A stretch of 26,091 nucleotides of DNA, from NCBI GenBank assembly GCA_041483195.1, contig JBGPFC010000048.1, forward strand, positions 1 through 26,091. The letters run 5' to 3'. Origin of the DNA: Candidatus Eiseniibacteriota bacterium. GTDB taxonomy: Bacteria; Eisenbacteria; RBG-16-71-46. Both the position numbers and the translations under genes were made by a program. Below are positions 6,857 through 15,017 of the stretch, one piece after another. The number at the start of each line of letters is the position of its first letter. Positions within the stretch are counted from its first letter, which is position 1. Under the pieces are notes generated by a model that was not told the origin of the DNA, ran no database searches, and saw only the letters and a program-made list of their open reading frames with translations.

Positions 6857-9580
6857 ATGACCACGCTCTCGTCCTCCCGCCCCACGACCAGCAGCGAGCT
6901 GCGCCGCGCGTTCCTCGATTTCTTCACGAGCCGCGGCCACGTCGAGGTGCCGTCCGCACCGCTGGTGCCGAACGATCCCAGCCTGCTCTTCACCACGGCG
7001 GGGATGGTGCAGTTCAAGCCGTACTACACGGCCGGCGACGACGTGCCTTATACCCGCGCGGTCTCCGTGCAGAAGTGCCTGCGCCTCACCGATCTCGAGA
7101 ACGTCGGCCGCACGCCGCGCCACGACACGTTCTTCGAGATGCTCGGCAACTTCTCGTTCGGGCCGCGCGAGAAGGGCGCCTACTTCAAGGAAGAGGCGAT
7201 CGCCTTCGCGTGGGAGTTCGTCACTCGCACGCTCGGGCTCCCGGCCGCCCGTCTCTACGCCTCGGTGTTCGCGGGCGAGGGCCAGCTGCCGCGCGACGAC
7301 GAGGCGGTCGCGCTCTGGAAGCAGGTGGGGCTCCCGTCCGATCATGTCGTCGCGCTCGGGCGCGCCGACAATTTCTGGGGCCCGGCCGGCGGACAGGGCG
7401 CGTGCGGACCGTGCAGCGAGATCTACTTCGACCTCGGCGAGCAGCGCCCCGACTACCTGGAGGGCGGCGCCTTCTGGGGCGAGAGTCCGGGCGATCCCGG
7501 CGATCGCTACATGGAGTTCTGGAACCTGGTATTTCCGCAGTTCGACGCGCAGGCGGACGGCAGCCTGAAGCCGCTCGCGCGCCCCGGGATCGACACCGGC
7601 ATGGGGATCGAGCGGCTCGCGCTGATCGTGCAGGGGAAGGACACCATCTTCGGGACGGACGTGTTCGAGCCCATGGTGCGCACCGTGCGCGAGCTGGGCA
7701 GCGCGAAGCCGAAAGACGCGCGCGCCGCGCTGCGGGACGCGCGCATCATCGCGGACCACGTGCGCGGGCTGACGTTCGCCGTCGCCGAGGGCGCGCTGCC
7801 CGGCAACGAGGGCGCGGGCTACGTGCTGCGCCGGATGCTGAGGCGCGCGGTGACGCGCGGCCGCTCGCGGCTGGGCCTCGAGCTGCACACCACGTTCCTC
7901 GCGGCCTGCGCGGAGCGCGCGATCGGCATCTTCGGCGGGCACTACCGCGAGCTGGAAGAGCGGCGCGACGGTATCCTGCGCGTGCTCCAGCAGGAGGAGG
8001 CGGGCTTCGCGGAGACGTTCGAGGCGGGCTTCGCGCGGCTCGAGAAGCTGCTCTCGGGCGGCGGACGAGTCATCGGCGGACGCGAGGCGTTCGAACTGCA
8101 CGACACCTACGGGTTCCCGATCGAACTCACCGAGGAGATCGCGGCGGAGCGCGGGATGTCGGTCGAGCGCGATGAGTTCGAGCGCGCGATGGAGGAGCAG
8201 CGGACCCGCGCGCGCGCAGCGAGCAAGTTTGGGAAGGGCGAGAGCGCCGCGCTCAGACCCTGGACCGCCGTCGGCACCGGACCCGACTCCGAATTCCTGG
8301 GATACCGCACGCTTTCCGCCGACGGCCTCCGGTTGCGGCGCTGGCGCGCCGCCGGCGACGGCGAGATCGAATTGATCCTCGATCGCACGCCCTGCTACGC
8401 GGAGTCGGGAGGCCAGGTCGCCGATCGCGGAACGCTCACCGCGGGGGGCGTGACCGCCGTGCTCTCGCACGTGTACAACGAAGCCGGGGCCATCGTTCAT
8501 CGGGTTTCGGTCGGAGGCGCGCGCGATGCGTTCCTCGAGGCCGCGGCCGCGGGACGTCTCGCCGCGGCCGTTTCGCCGGCGCACCGGCTGCCCACCCTGC
8601 GCCACCATACGGCGACCCACATGCTGCACGCGGCGCTGCGTCAGCGGCTCGGGACCCACGTGCGGCAGGCGGGCTCGCTGGTGGCGCCCGATCGCCTGCG
8701 GTTCGACTACACGCACTTCGAGCACCCGAAGCCCGATCAGCTTTCCGAGATCGAGAGCGTGGTGAACAACTGGGTGCTCGCGAATCGCGAGGTGAGCTGG
8801 GAGGTCATGCCGATCGACCGCGCGAAGGGCATGGGGGCGATGGCGCTGTTCGGGGAAAAGTACGGCGCGGAGGTGCGGATGGTCACCGTGCCCGGCGTCG
8901 ACGAGGCCGGCATCCCGACCAGCCGCGAGCTGTGCGGCGGAACGCACGTGGCGCGCACCGGCGATATCGGCGCGTTCGTCATCGTGTCCGACGGCGCGAT
9001 CGCGAGCGGCGTTAGGCGGATCGAGGCGCTGTGCGGGCTCGAGGCGCTCGCGTATCTGCGCGAGCAGGGCGAGACGCTGGCGCGCGCGGCTCACGCGCTG
9101 CAGGCGAGCCCTGCCGCCGTGCCCGAGCAAGTGGAGAAGCTCAAGAGCGAGATCGCGTCGCTTCGCAAGGCCCAGAGCGCGGCGCAACGCGGCGGCCTCG
9201 AGGCCGAGATGGCGAGCCTCGCGAGCGCCGCGACGGCCGCGAAGGGCGGACGATGGATCGTGGCGGAGATCAAGTCCGGCGCCGAGGCCAACGCGGTGCG
9301 CGACGCCGCCGACCAGCTGCGCGGCGCGCTCAAGCGCGGCGCCGCGCTGCTCGCGGTGCGAGCGGGCGACAAGCTCACCTTCCTCGCGGCGGTGACCGAC
9401 GATCTCATCGCCGAGAAGAAGCTGCGCGCCGACGAATTGGTGCGTGCGGTCGCGAGGATCGCGGGCGGCTCGGGAGGCGGCAAGCCGCACCTCGCGCTGG
9501 CCGGCGCGAAGGATCCGGCCCAACTGGAGGCGGCGCTCGCCGAGGCGCGCCGGCTCCTCACCGAAGCGCTCGGCGCGTGA
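6857..9580 (+). CDS. alaS: Alanine--tRNA ligase
   Basis: LLFTTAGMVQFK, FFEMLGNFSFG, GPCSEI, IDTGMGIER, IIADHVR, LHDTYGFP, YAESGGQV, editing motifs HTATHMLH and ELCGGTH, and C-terminal GGSGGG. Confidence 0.99.
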   Translation: MTTLSSSRPTTSSELRRAFLDFFTSRGHVEVPSAPLVPNDPSLLFTTAGMVQFKPYYTAGDDVPYTRAVSVQKCLRLTDLENVGRTPRHDTFFEMLGNFSFGPREKGAYFKEEAIAFAWEFVTRTLGLPAARLYASVFAGEGQLPRDDEAVALWKQVGLPSDHVVALGRADNFWGPAGGQGACGPCSEIYFDLGEQRPDYLEGGAFWGESPGDPGDRYMEFWNLVFPQFDAQADGSLKPLARPGIDTGMGIERLALIVQGKDTIFGTDVFEPMVRTVRELGSAKPKDARAALRDARIIADHVRGLTFAVAEGALPGNEGAGYVLRRMLRRAVTRGRSRLGLELHTTFLAACAERAIGIFGGHYRELEERRDGILRVLQQEEAGFAETFEAGFARLEKLLSGGGRVIGGREAFELHDTYGFPIELTEEIAAERGMSVERDEFERAMEEQRTRARAASKFGKGESAALRPWTAVGTGPDSEFLGYRTLSADGLRLRRWRAAGDGEIELILDRTPCYAESGGQVADRGTLTAGGVTAVLSHVYNEAGAIVHRVSVGGARDAFLEAAAAGRLAAAVSPAHRLPTLRHHTATHMLHAALRQRLGTHVRQAGSLVAPDRLRFDYTHFEHPKPDQLSEIESVVNNWVLANREVSWEVMPIDRAKGMGAMALFGEKYGAEVRMVTVPGVDEAGIPTSRELCGGTHVARTGDIGAFVIVSDGAIASGVRRIEALCGLEALAYLREQGETLARAAHALQASPAAVPEQVEKLKSEIASLRKAQSAAQRGGLEAEMASLASAATAAKGGRWIVAEIKSGAEANAVRDAADQLRGALKRGAALLAVRAGDKLTFLAAVTDDLIAEKKLRADELVRAVARIAGGSGGGKPHLALAGAKDPAQLEAALAEARRLLTEALGA

Positions 9581-9608
9581 TGACGGCCCACTCTCGATCC
9601 GAGGCACC

Positions 9609-10733
9609 ATGAAAGCGCTGGTTCTCGCCGGGGGGCGCGGCACGCGGCTCCGGCCCATCACCCACACCTACGCCAAGCAGCTGGTGCCGGTCGCGAACAA
9701 GCCGGTGTTGTTCTACGGGCTCGAGGCGATCCGCGAGGCCGGCATCACCGAGGTGGGGATCGTGGTGAGCGACCCGCGAGAGATGCTGCAGCCCGACCCG
9801 CGCAGCGGCCAGCTCATCACGGTGATGGTGAACAGCCAGGCCGAGATTCGCGCCGCGGTGGGGGACGGCTCGCGGTTCGGGCTCGAGGTCACATACATCG
9901 AGCAGTCGGCGCCGCTCGGGCTCGCGCACGCGGTCAAGATCTCGCAGGACTTCATGCGCGACGATCCGTTCGTCATGTATCTGGGCGACAACCTCATCAA
10001 GGACGGCATCGCCCCCTTCGTCCGCGAGTTCGAGGCGGAGCGGCCCAACGCGCAGATCCTGCTCGCGCACGTGAAGACGCCCTGGGAGTTCGGAGTCGCC
10101 GAGCTCGAGGGCGACCGCGTGGTGCGGCTCGAGGAGAAGCCGAAGCAGCCGCGCAGCGACCTGGCGCTGGTGGGCGTGTATCTGTTCGACGCCACCGTGT
10201 TCGAAGCCGTGAACGCGATCCAGCCGAGCCGCCGCGGCGAATACGAGATCACCGACGCGATCCAGCACCTGATCGACAAAGGCCGGCGCGTGCGCTCGCA
10301 CGTGATCGGCGGCTGGTGGAAGGACACCGGCAAGGTCGAGGACATGCTGGAGGGCAACCGCATGATGCTGGGCTCGATCGAGACCGACATGCGCGGCACG
10401 CTCGACGCCGAGTCGGTGGTCGAGGGGCGGCTGATCGTCGGCCAGGGCACCGTGATCGAGCGCTCGCGCCTGCGCGGGCCGCTGATCATCGGCGCCGGCG
10501 CGACCATCCGCGACGCCTACGTCGGACCGTTCACATCGATCGCCGACGGCGTCGAGCTGTCGCACTGCGAGATCGAGCACTCGATCGTGCTGGAGCGCAG
10601 CCTCATCCGCGACGTCCCGCGCCGCATCGAGTCGAGCCTGATCGGGCGCGACGTCGTGGTCTGCGCGAGCGACACGCGGCCGCGCACCCATCGCCTGATG
10701 CTGGGCGATTCGAGCCGGGTGGAGCTGTCGTGA
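9609..10733 (+). CDS. rfbA: Glucose-1-phosphate thymidylyltransferase, long form
   Basis: MKALVLAGGRGTRLRPITHT.AKQLVPVANKP, YLGDN, EKP, GEYEITDAIQ and WWKDTG motifs, plus a C-terminal beta-helix-like region (AYVGPFTSI, IEHSIVL). Confidence 0.93.
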   Translation: MKALVLAGGRGTRLRPITHTYAKQLVPVANKPVLFYGLEAIREAGITEVGIVVSDPREMLQPDPRSGQLITVMVNSQAEIRAAVGDGSRFGLEVTYIEQSAPLGLAHAVKISQDFMRDDPFVMYLGDNLIKDGIAPFVREFEAERPNAQILLAHVKTPWEFGVAELEGDRVVRLEEKPKQPRSDLALVGVYLFDATVFEAVNAIQPSRRGEYEITDAIQHLIDKGRRVRSHVIGGWWKDTGKVEDMLEGNRMMLGSIETDMRGTLDAESVVEGRLIVGQGTVIERSRLRGPLIIGAGATIRDAYVGPFTSIADGVELSHCEIEHSIVLERSLIRDVPRRIESSLIGRDVVVCASDTRPRTHRLMLGDSSRVELS

Positions 10734-11581
10734 AGGTGGCGGTCACCGGCGCGTCCGGGATGCTCGCGCAAGCTCTGCTCCCCGCGCTGGAGCGCGCCGG
10801 ACACACCGTGCTGGCGCTCAAGAAAGAGGAGGCCGACGTCACGCGCTACGACGCGCTGCGTGCGCGGCTCGAGCCCTTCCACCCGGACTGGGTGATCCAG
10901 CTCGCTGCGTTCACGCGCGTCGACGACTGCGAGAGCGATCCCGATCTCGCATTCCGCGTGAACGGTCTCGGCGCGCGCAATGCCGCCCTGGTTTCGGCCG
11001 CGCTGGGCGCCGCGGTGCTGACGATCTCGACCGACTACGTTTTCGACGGCCGTGCCAGCCGTCCCTACCGCGAGTACGATCCGGTGGGCCCGCTCTCGGT
11101 GTACGGTCGTTCGAAGTGGGCGGGGGAGCAGGCGGTGCGCGAGGTCGCGCCTCGCCACCTCATCGTCCGCACCGCGTGGCTCTACGGCGCGGGCGGCGTC
11201 AACTTCGTGGATTCGATCCTGCGCAAGGCGCGGCACGGCGAGCCGCTCGCGGTGGTCGACGACCAGCGCGGCTGCCCGACCTGGACCGAGGACCTGGCGC
11301 CGGCGCTGGTCCGTCTGGTCGCGTCCGCTCAATTCGGCACGTACCATTGCGCGGGCGCCGGCGACTGCACCTGGCACGATCTGGCCGAGCACGCGGTCGC
11401 GCGCGCGGGTCAGGCGGTCCCGATCGAGCGCATCACCACCGCGGCGCTCGCGCGCCCCGCGCCGCGCCCGGCCTACGCGGTGCTCGACCAGGGCTGGGCC
11501 ACGCACGTCACGGGAACGCCCATGCCACATTGGAAAGACGCGGTCGATCGCTATCTGAAGAGCCTGAGCCCCGGCGCCTGA
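10730..11581 (+). CDS. rfbD: dTDP-4-dehydrorhamnose reductase
   Basis: GTG start overlapping the previous stop (GTGA). VTGASGML, AAFTRVDDCE, ISTDYVFDG, YGRSKWAGE, DQRGCPT and APRP motifs. Confidence 0.95.
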   Translation: MKVAVTGASGMLAQALLPALERAGHTVLALKKEEADVTRYDALRARLEPFHPDWVIQLAAFTRVDDCESDPDLAFRVNGLGARNAALVSAALGAAVLTISTDYVFDGRASRPYREYDPVGPLSVYGRSKWAGEQAVREVAPRHLIVRTAWLYGAGGVNFVDSILRKARHGEPLAVVDDQRGCPTWTEDLAPALVRLVASAQFGTYHCAGAGDCTWHDLAEHAVARAGQAVPIERITTAALARPAPRPAYAVLDQGWATHVTGTPMPHWKDAVDRYLKSLSPGA

Positions 11582-11611
11582 CGCCGGCCGCTCGATCGGG
11601 GAGGACACGGG

Positions 11612-12286
11612 ATGAAACGCAGAACGGAGCCTCAGCGCGGTCCGCTCGAGCGCCAGGCGCGCGCGGCGCTGCGCGAAGCGGGGCGCACCATCGCGCGGCT
11701 CGAGCGCACCGCGACCCGCGCGGTGGCGGAGGCGGCGGAGGCGGTGATCGCATCGCTCGCGGGCGGGGGAACGGTCTACTTCTGCGGCAACGGCGGCAGC
11801 GCGGCCGACGCGCAGCATCTCGCGTGCGAGCTGGCGGGGCGCTATCTGATGGACCGTCCCGCGCTGGCCGCGATCGCGCTCACCACGAACAGCTCGGCGC
11901 TCACCGCGATCGGCAACGACTTCGGATACGACCAGGTGTTCGCGCGCCAGCTCGAGGGGCTCGGCACGCCGGGCGACGTGCTGGTCGCGATCACCACCAG
12001 CGGCCGCTCGAGGAGCGTGATCTCGGCGGTCGAAGCCGCGCACGCGCTCGGCATGACGGTGATCGGCATGACCGGCCCGCGGGGCCGGGCCTTCGCGCGG
12101 CGCTGCGACCTCGCGCTGGTGACGCCGAACGACTCCACGCCGCGCATCCAGGAAGGGCACATCACCATGGGCCACGCGTTCTGCGAGCTGGTCGAGCGCG
12201 GGCTGTTCCCGGTGCGTCCCGCGCCGCGCCGCGCCGCGGCGCGCACCCCGAAGCGCGCGCGCGCCGCCCGCGGAGCGCGGCGATGA
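11612..12286 (+). CDS. gmhA: Phosphoheptose (sedoheptulose-7-phosphate) isomerase
   Basis: CGNGGSAADAQHLA.EL.GRY, TAIGNDFGYDQVFARQ, ITTSG.S and PRIQEGHI motifs. SD GGAGG upstream. Confidence 0.93.
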   Translation: MKRRTEPQRGPLERQARAALREAGRTIARLERTATRAVAEAAEAVIASLAGGGTVYFCGNGGSAADAQHLACELAGRYLMDRPALAAIALTTNSSALTAIGNDFGYDQVFARQLEGLGTPGDVLVAITTSGRSRSVISAVEAAHALGMTVIGMTGPRGRAFARRCDLALVTPNDSTPRIQEGHITMGHAFCELVERGLFPVRPAPRRAAARTPKRARAARGARR

Positions 12287-13170
12287 TTGGCGCGCTGATC
12301 AAGGCGCTGCGTCCCAAGCAGTGGACCAAGAATTCCCTGCTGTTCGCGGGCGTGCTGTTCTCGCGCCAGCTCGGCGATGGCCCGCTGGTGCTGCGTGCCG
12401 CCGGGGGATTTCTCGCGTTCTCGCTGCTCTCGGGCACCGTGTATCTCCTGAACGACCTGATGGACGTCGAGGCCGATCGTCTGCACCCGGTCAAGCGCCT
12501 GCGACCGATCGCATCGGGCCGACTCCCGGTGGGGGTCGCTCGCGGCGCGGTGGCGCCGCTGGCCGCCATCGTGATCGCGCTCTCGCTGTGGCTGGGCCCG
12601 GGGTTCGCGACCGTGGCCGCCGTGTACTTCTTCATGAACCTCGCCTATACCACCTTCCTCAAGCGGCAGGTGCTGATCGACGTGTTCGTGATCGCGACCG
12701 GGTTCGTGTTGCGCGCGATCGCCGGCGTCGAGCTGCTGCTGCCGGTCTCGCCCTCCACCGATCTCTCCCCGTGGCTGCTGGTGTGCACGTTCTTCGGCGC
12801 GTTGTTCCTCGCGCTCGGCAAGCGCCGCCGCGAGATCGAGAACTCGGGCGAAGTCGCGCCGCAGCAGCGCGCTGTGCTGGACCACTACACCCCCCAGCTG
12901 CTCGACGGACTGGTGCTGGTCACCGCCTCCACGAGCCTCATGAGCTACGCGCTCTACACCATCTGGCCGGGCACCGTCGCCAAGTTCGGGACCGAGCACC
13001 TGCTCTACACCGTGCCGATCGTCGCCTACGGCATCTTCCGCTACCTGTTCCTGGTGGAAGGCTCGCGCAGCAGCGAGGATCCCTCGCAGGTCCTGCTCAC
13101 CGACCGCCCGCTCGCCGGCTGCGTGCTGCTCTACCTCGCCGCGGTCCTGGCCATCGTCTATCGCCCGTGA
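12283..13170 (+). CDS. UbiA-family polyprenyl-phosphate phosphoribosyltransferase (decaprenyl-phosphate phosphoribosyltransferase-like)
   Basis: ATG overlapping the gmhA stop. LRPKQWTKN, YLLNDLMDVEADRLHPVK..RPIASG, GFVLRAIAG, ALGKRRRE, SYALYT and YGIFRYL motifs. Many transmembrane segments. Confidence 0.88.
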   Translation: MIGALIKALRPKQWTKNSLLFAGVLFSRQLGDGPLVLRAAGGFLAFSLLSGTVYLLNDLMDVEADRLHPVKRLRPIASGRLPVGVARGAVAPLAAIVIALSLWLGPGFATVAAVYFFMNLAYTTFLKRQVLIDVFVIATGFVLRAIAGVELLLPVSPSTDLSPWLLVCTFFGALFLALGKRRREIENSGEVAPQQRAVLDHYTPQLLDGLVLVTASTSLMSYALYTIWPGTVAKFGTEHLLYTVPIVAYGIFRYLFLVEGSRSSEDPSQVLLTDRPLAGCVLLYLAAVLAIVYRP

Positions 13171-14117
13171 GGCCGCGCCCGCGCGCGCGCCGCGTGTGCA
13201 TCGAGGCGCGCGCCAAGCTCAACCTGGCTCTGGCGGTCGGGCCCTCGCGCGCCGACGGTTATCACGAGCTCGCGACCATCTTCCAGTCGGTGACGCTCGC
13301 CGACACGCTGATCGCGCGTCCGCGCCCGAGCGGGTTCACGCTGCGGGTGCGCCACGAGGACGCGTCGCTGGGCGGCGCCGCGCGCGCGGCGGCGCGAGCG
13401 GCGCATATTCCCGGGGGCGCGCGCAATCTCGTGGTGCGGGCGGCGCGCGCGGTCGCGCGGCAGGCGGGGATCCGGGGCGGCGCGGCGTTCGAGCTGGTCA
13501 AGCGCATCCCCGCGCGCGCCGGGCTCGGGGGCGGGAGCGCCGACGCGGCCGCCGCGATCGAGGCCATGGCGGCGCTCTACGCGTTGCGCATGACGCGCGC
13601 GCAGCGGCTCGCGCTCGCGGCGGGTCTCGGCTCCGACGTGCCGTTTGCCCTGATCGGGGGCACCTCGCTCGGACTCGGGCGCGGCGAGCGCCTGACGCCA
13701 TTGACGCTGGAGCGGCCATTTCGCGCGCTGATCGCGGTGCCGCGCTGGCGCATCTCGACCGCGCGGGCCTTCGATCAGATCAACCGGAACAAATATGGCT
13801 TGACAGCGTGGCAGGCGAAACTAAGATTCGCTCAAGTCCTTGGGCGCAACCGTATAAGAGTGTCCCGAGCGCTCCGTCTGGGGAACACCTTCGAGAAGGT
13901 GTTGGGTGTCAGGGTTTGGGATTTCGAATCGCTTCGCGCACGTCTGCGCGCGGCGGGAGCCGGATCCATCCGCATGACGGGGAGCGGATCCGCAGTATTC
14001 GGCATCCTCGATCCGGGCGCCTCGGCCGCGAGAGTCGCGGAGCGCTTCGTCGGACGAGAACGGCTGTACCTCGTTCGTACGGCTCGTTCCGGGTTGCGAC
14101 GTCGCACCAGCACGTAG
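13167..14117 (+). CDS. ispE: 4-diphosphocytidyl-2-C-methyl-D-erythritol kinase
   Basis: AKLNLAL, RADGYHEL, KRIP..AGLGGGSADAAA, LGSDVPF and MTGSGSAVFG (GHMP kinase motifs). The GTG start overlaps the previous stop; GTG 13194 is an alternative. Confidence 0.93.
   Translation: MRPRPRARRVCIEARAKLNLALAVGPSRADGYHELATIFQSVTLADTLIARPRPSGFTLRVRHEDASLGGAARAAARAAHIPGGARNLVVRAARAVARQAGIRGGAAFELVKRIPARAGLGGGSADAAAAIEAMAALYALRMTRAQRLALAAGLGSDVPFALIGGTSLGLGRGERLTPLTLERPFRALIAVPRWRISTARAFDQINRNKYGLTAWQAKLRFAQVLGRNRIRVSRALRLGNTFEKVLGVRVWDFESLRARLRAAGAGSIRMTGSGSAVFGILDPGASAARVAERFVGRERLYLVRTARSGLRRRTST
13800..13827 (+). promoter_or_regulatory. Sigma70-type promoter internal to ispE, probably driving spoVG and downstream genes
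   Basis: TTGACA (13800-13805)-16 nt-TAAGAT (13822-13827), in an AT-rich patch of an otherwise very GC-rich gene. Confidence 0.65.
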
Positions 14118-14229
14118 CTCGATCCAGTGGCATGGATGCACGACCCTCAGCTGCTCCGGCCCGCGTGGCCGGTTGGCGATGCGATGTGACAGCACCACCC
14201 ATCACGGATGGATCCGAGGTGAAGGTCGC

Positions 14230-14541
14230 ATGATCGAGATCACCGAGGTCAGGGTTTCGCTGCGCAACGATGACAAGCTCAAGGCGTTCGTGAGCATCAC
14301 GCTCAACGACTCTTTCGTGATTCGCGGGCTCAAGATCATTCGGGGCAACTCGGGATTGTTCGTGGCGATGCCGAGCCGCAAGCGCCCCGACGGTCAGCAC
14401 CAGGATCTTGCTCACCCGATCAACGACTCCACGAGAAAGTATCTGACCGAGAAGGTCATGGCCGAGTTCGAGCGTGAGCTGGCGAATCCTTCGGTTCACA
14501 GTCAGCTGCCCGTGGCGGAGCACGCCAAGCAGTCGTACTGA
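14230..14541 (+). CDS. spoVG: SpoVG-family nucleic-acid-binding regulator
   Basis: MIEITEVRV, KLKAFVSIT, FVIRGLKII.G..GLFVAMPSRK and D.AHPIN..TR motifs. SD GAGGTG upstream. Confidence 0.95.
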   Translation: MIEITEVRVSLRNDDKLKAFVSITLNDSFVIRGLKIIRGNSGLFVAMPSRKRPDGQHQDLAHPINDSTRKYLTEKVMAEFERELANPSVHSQLPVAEHAKQSY

Positions 14542-14665
14542 CCCGCCGAACGCGGTGTCCGGCGCCGGAACGTCGGCACTCCCGGCGGTGGGGGAGGCGT
14601 CCGCCGGGCCCATGCCGGCCCCGCGCGGGGCCTGGGCGCCGCCGCGATCGTCCGCCCCGCGGCCG

Positions 14666-14694
14666 TTGACATCGCGGGAACGGCCCGCTAAGCT
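14666..14694 (+). promoter_or_regulatory. Sigma70 promoter for tRNA-Gln and the prs-rplY operon
   Basis: TTGACA-17 nt-TAAGCT followed by a GC-rich discriminator (CCCGCG), typical of stable-RNA promoters. Confidence 0.75.
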
Positions 14695-14796
14695 CCCGCG
14701 GCTTTTCTCCATTCCAGAAGTTTCCTGGGGCCAATTGCCATCACCCCGCGGGCGCTTCGGCGTCGGCGGACCGTGACGGAAATCCCGTTCTGTTGG

Positions 14797-14871
14797 TGGG
14801 GCGTGGCCAAGCGGTAAGGCACGAGACTTTGGATCTCGCATCCGGAGGTTCGAATCCTCCCGCCCCAGCCA
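14797..14871 (+). tRNA. tRNA-Gln (anticodon TTG)
   Basis: Full cloverleaf: acceptor TGGGGCG/CGCCCCA, D arm GCC/GGC, anticodon arm CGAGA-CTTTGGA-TCTCG, T arm GGAGG-TTCGAAT-CCTCC, discriminator G and encoded CCA. Confidence 0.98.
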
Positions 14872-15017
14872 TGCATGGGGCCCGGAGGAATCCTCCGGGT
14901 CGTTGAAGACGCCACCCGGGCCCGCGAGGCCCGCGGCGGGCATCACGCTTCGTCTGCTCGCGCCGCCCGACGGCGCGCGCGGCGTGACTGCAGTGGGCAT
15001 CGGACAGGAGTGCGCGC

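Noticed and set aside
9011..9017. GTTAGGC integron core-like heptamer using rare codons in alaS
   Set aside because: An isolated 7-mer inside the conserved GVRRIEA motif with no inverse core site.
6404..9667. 1087-aa minus-strand ORF, and other long alternative-frame ORFs such as 2128..4251, 4261..6294, 21138..22826 and 23920..25911
   Set aside because: They overlap well-supported genes, have no recognisable motifs, and are expected from stop-codon scarcity at high GC.
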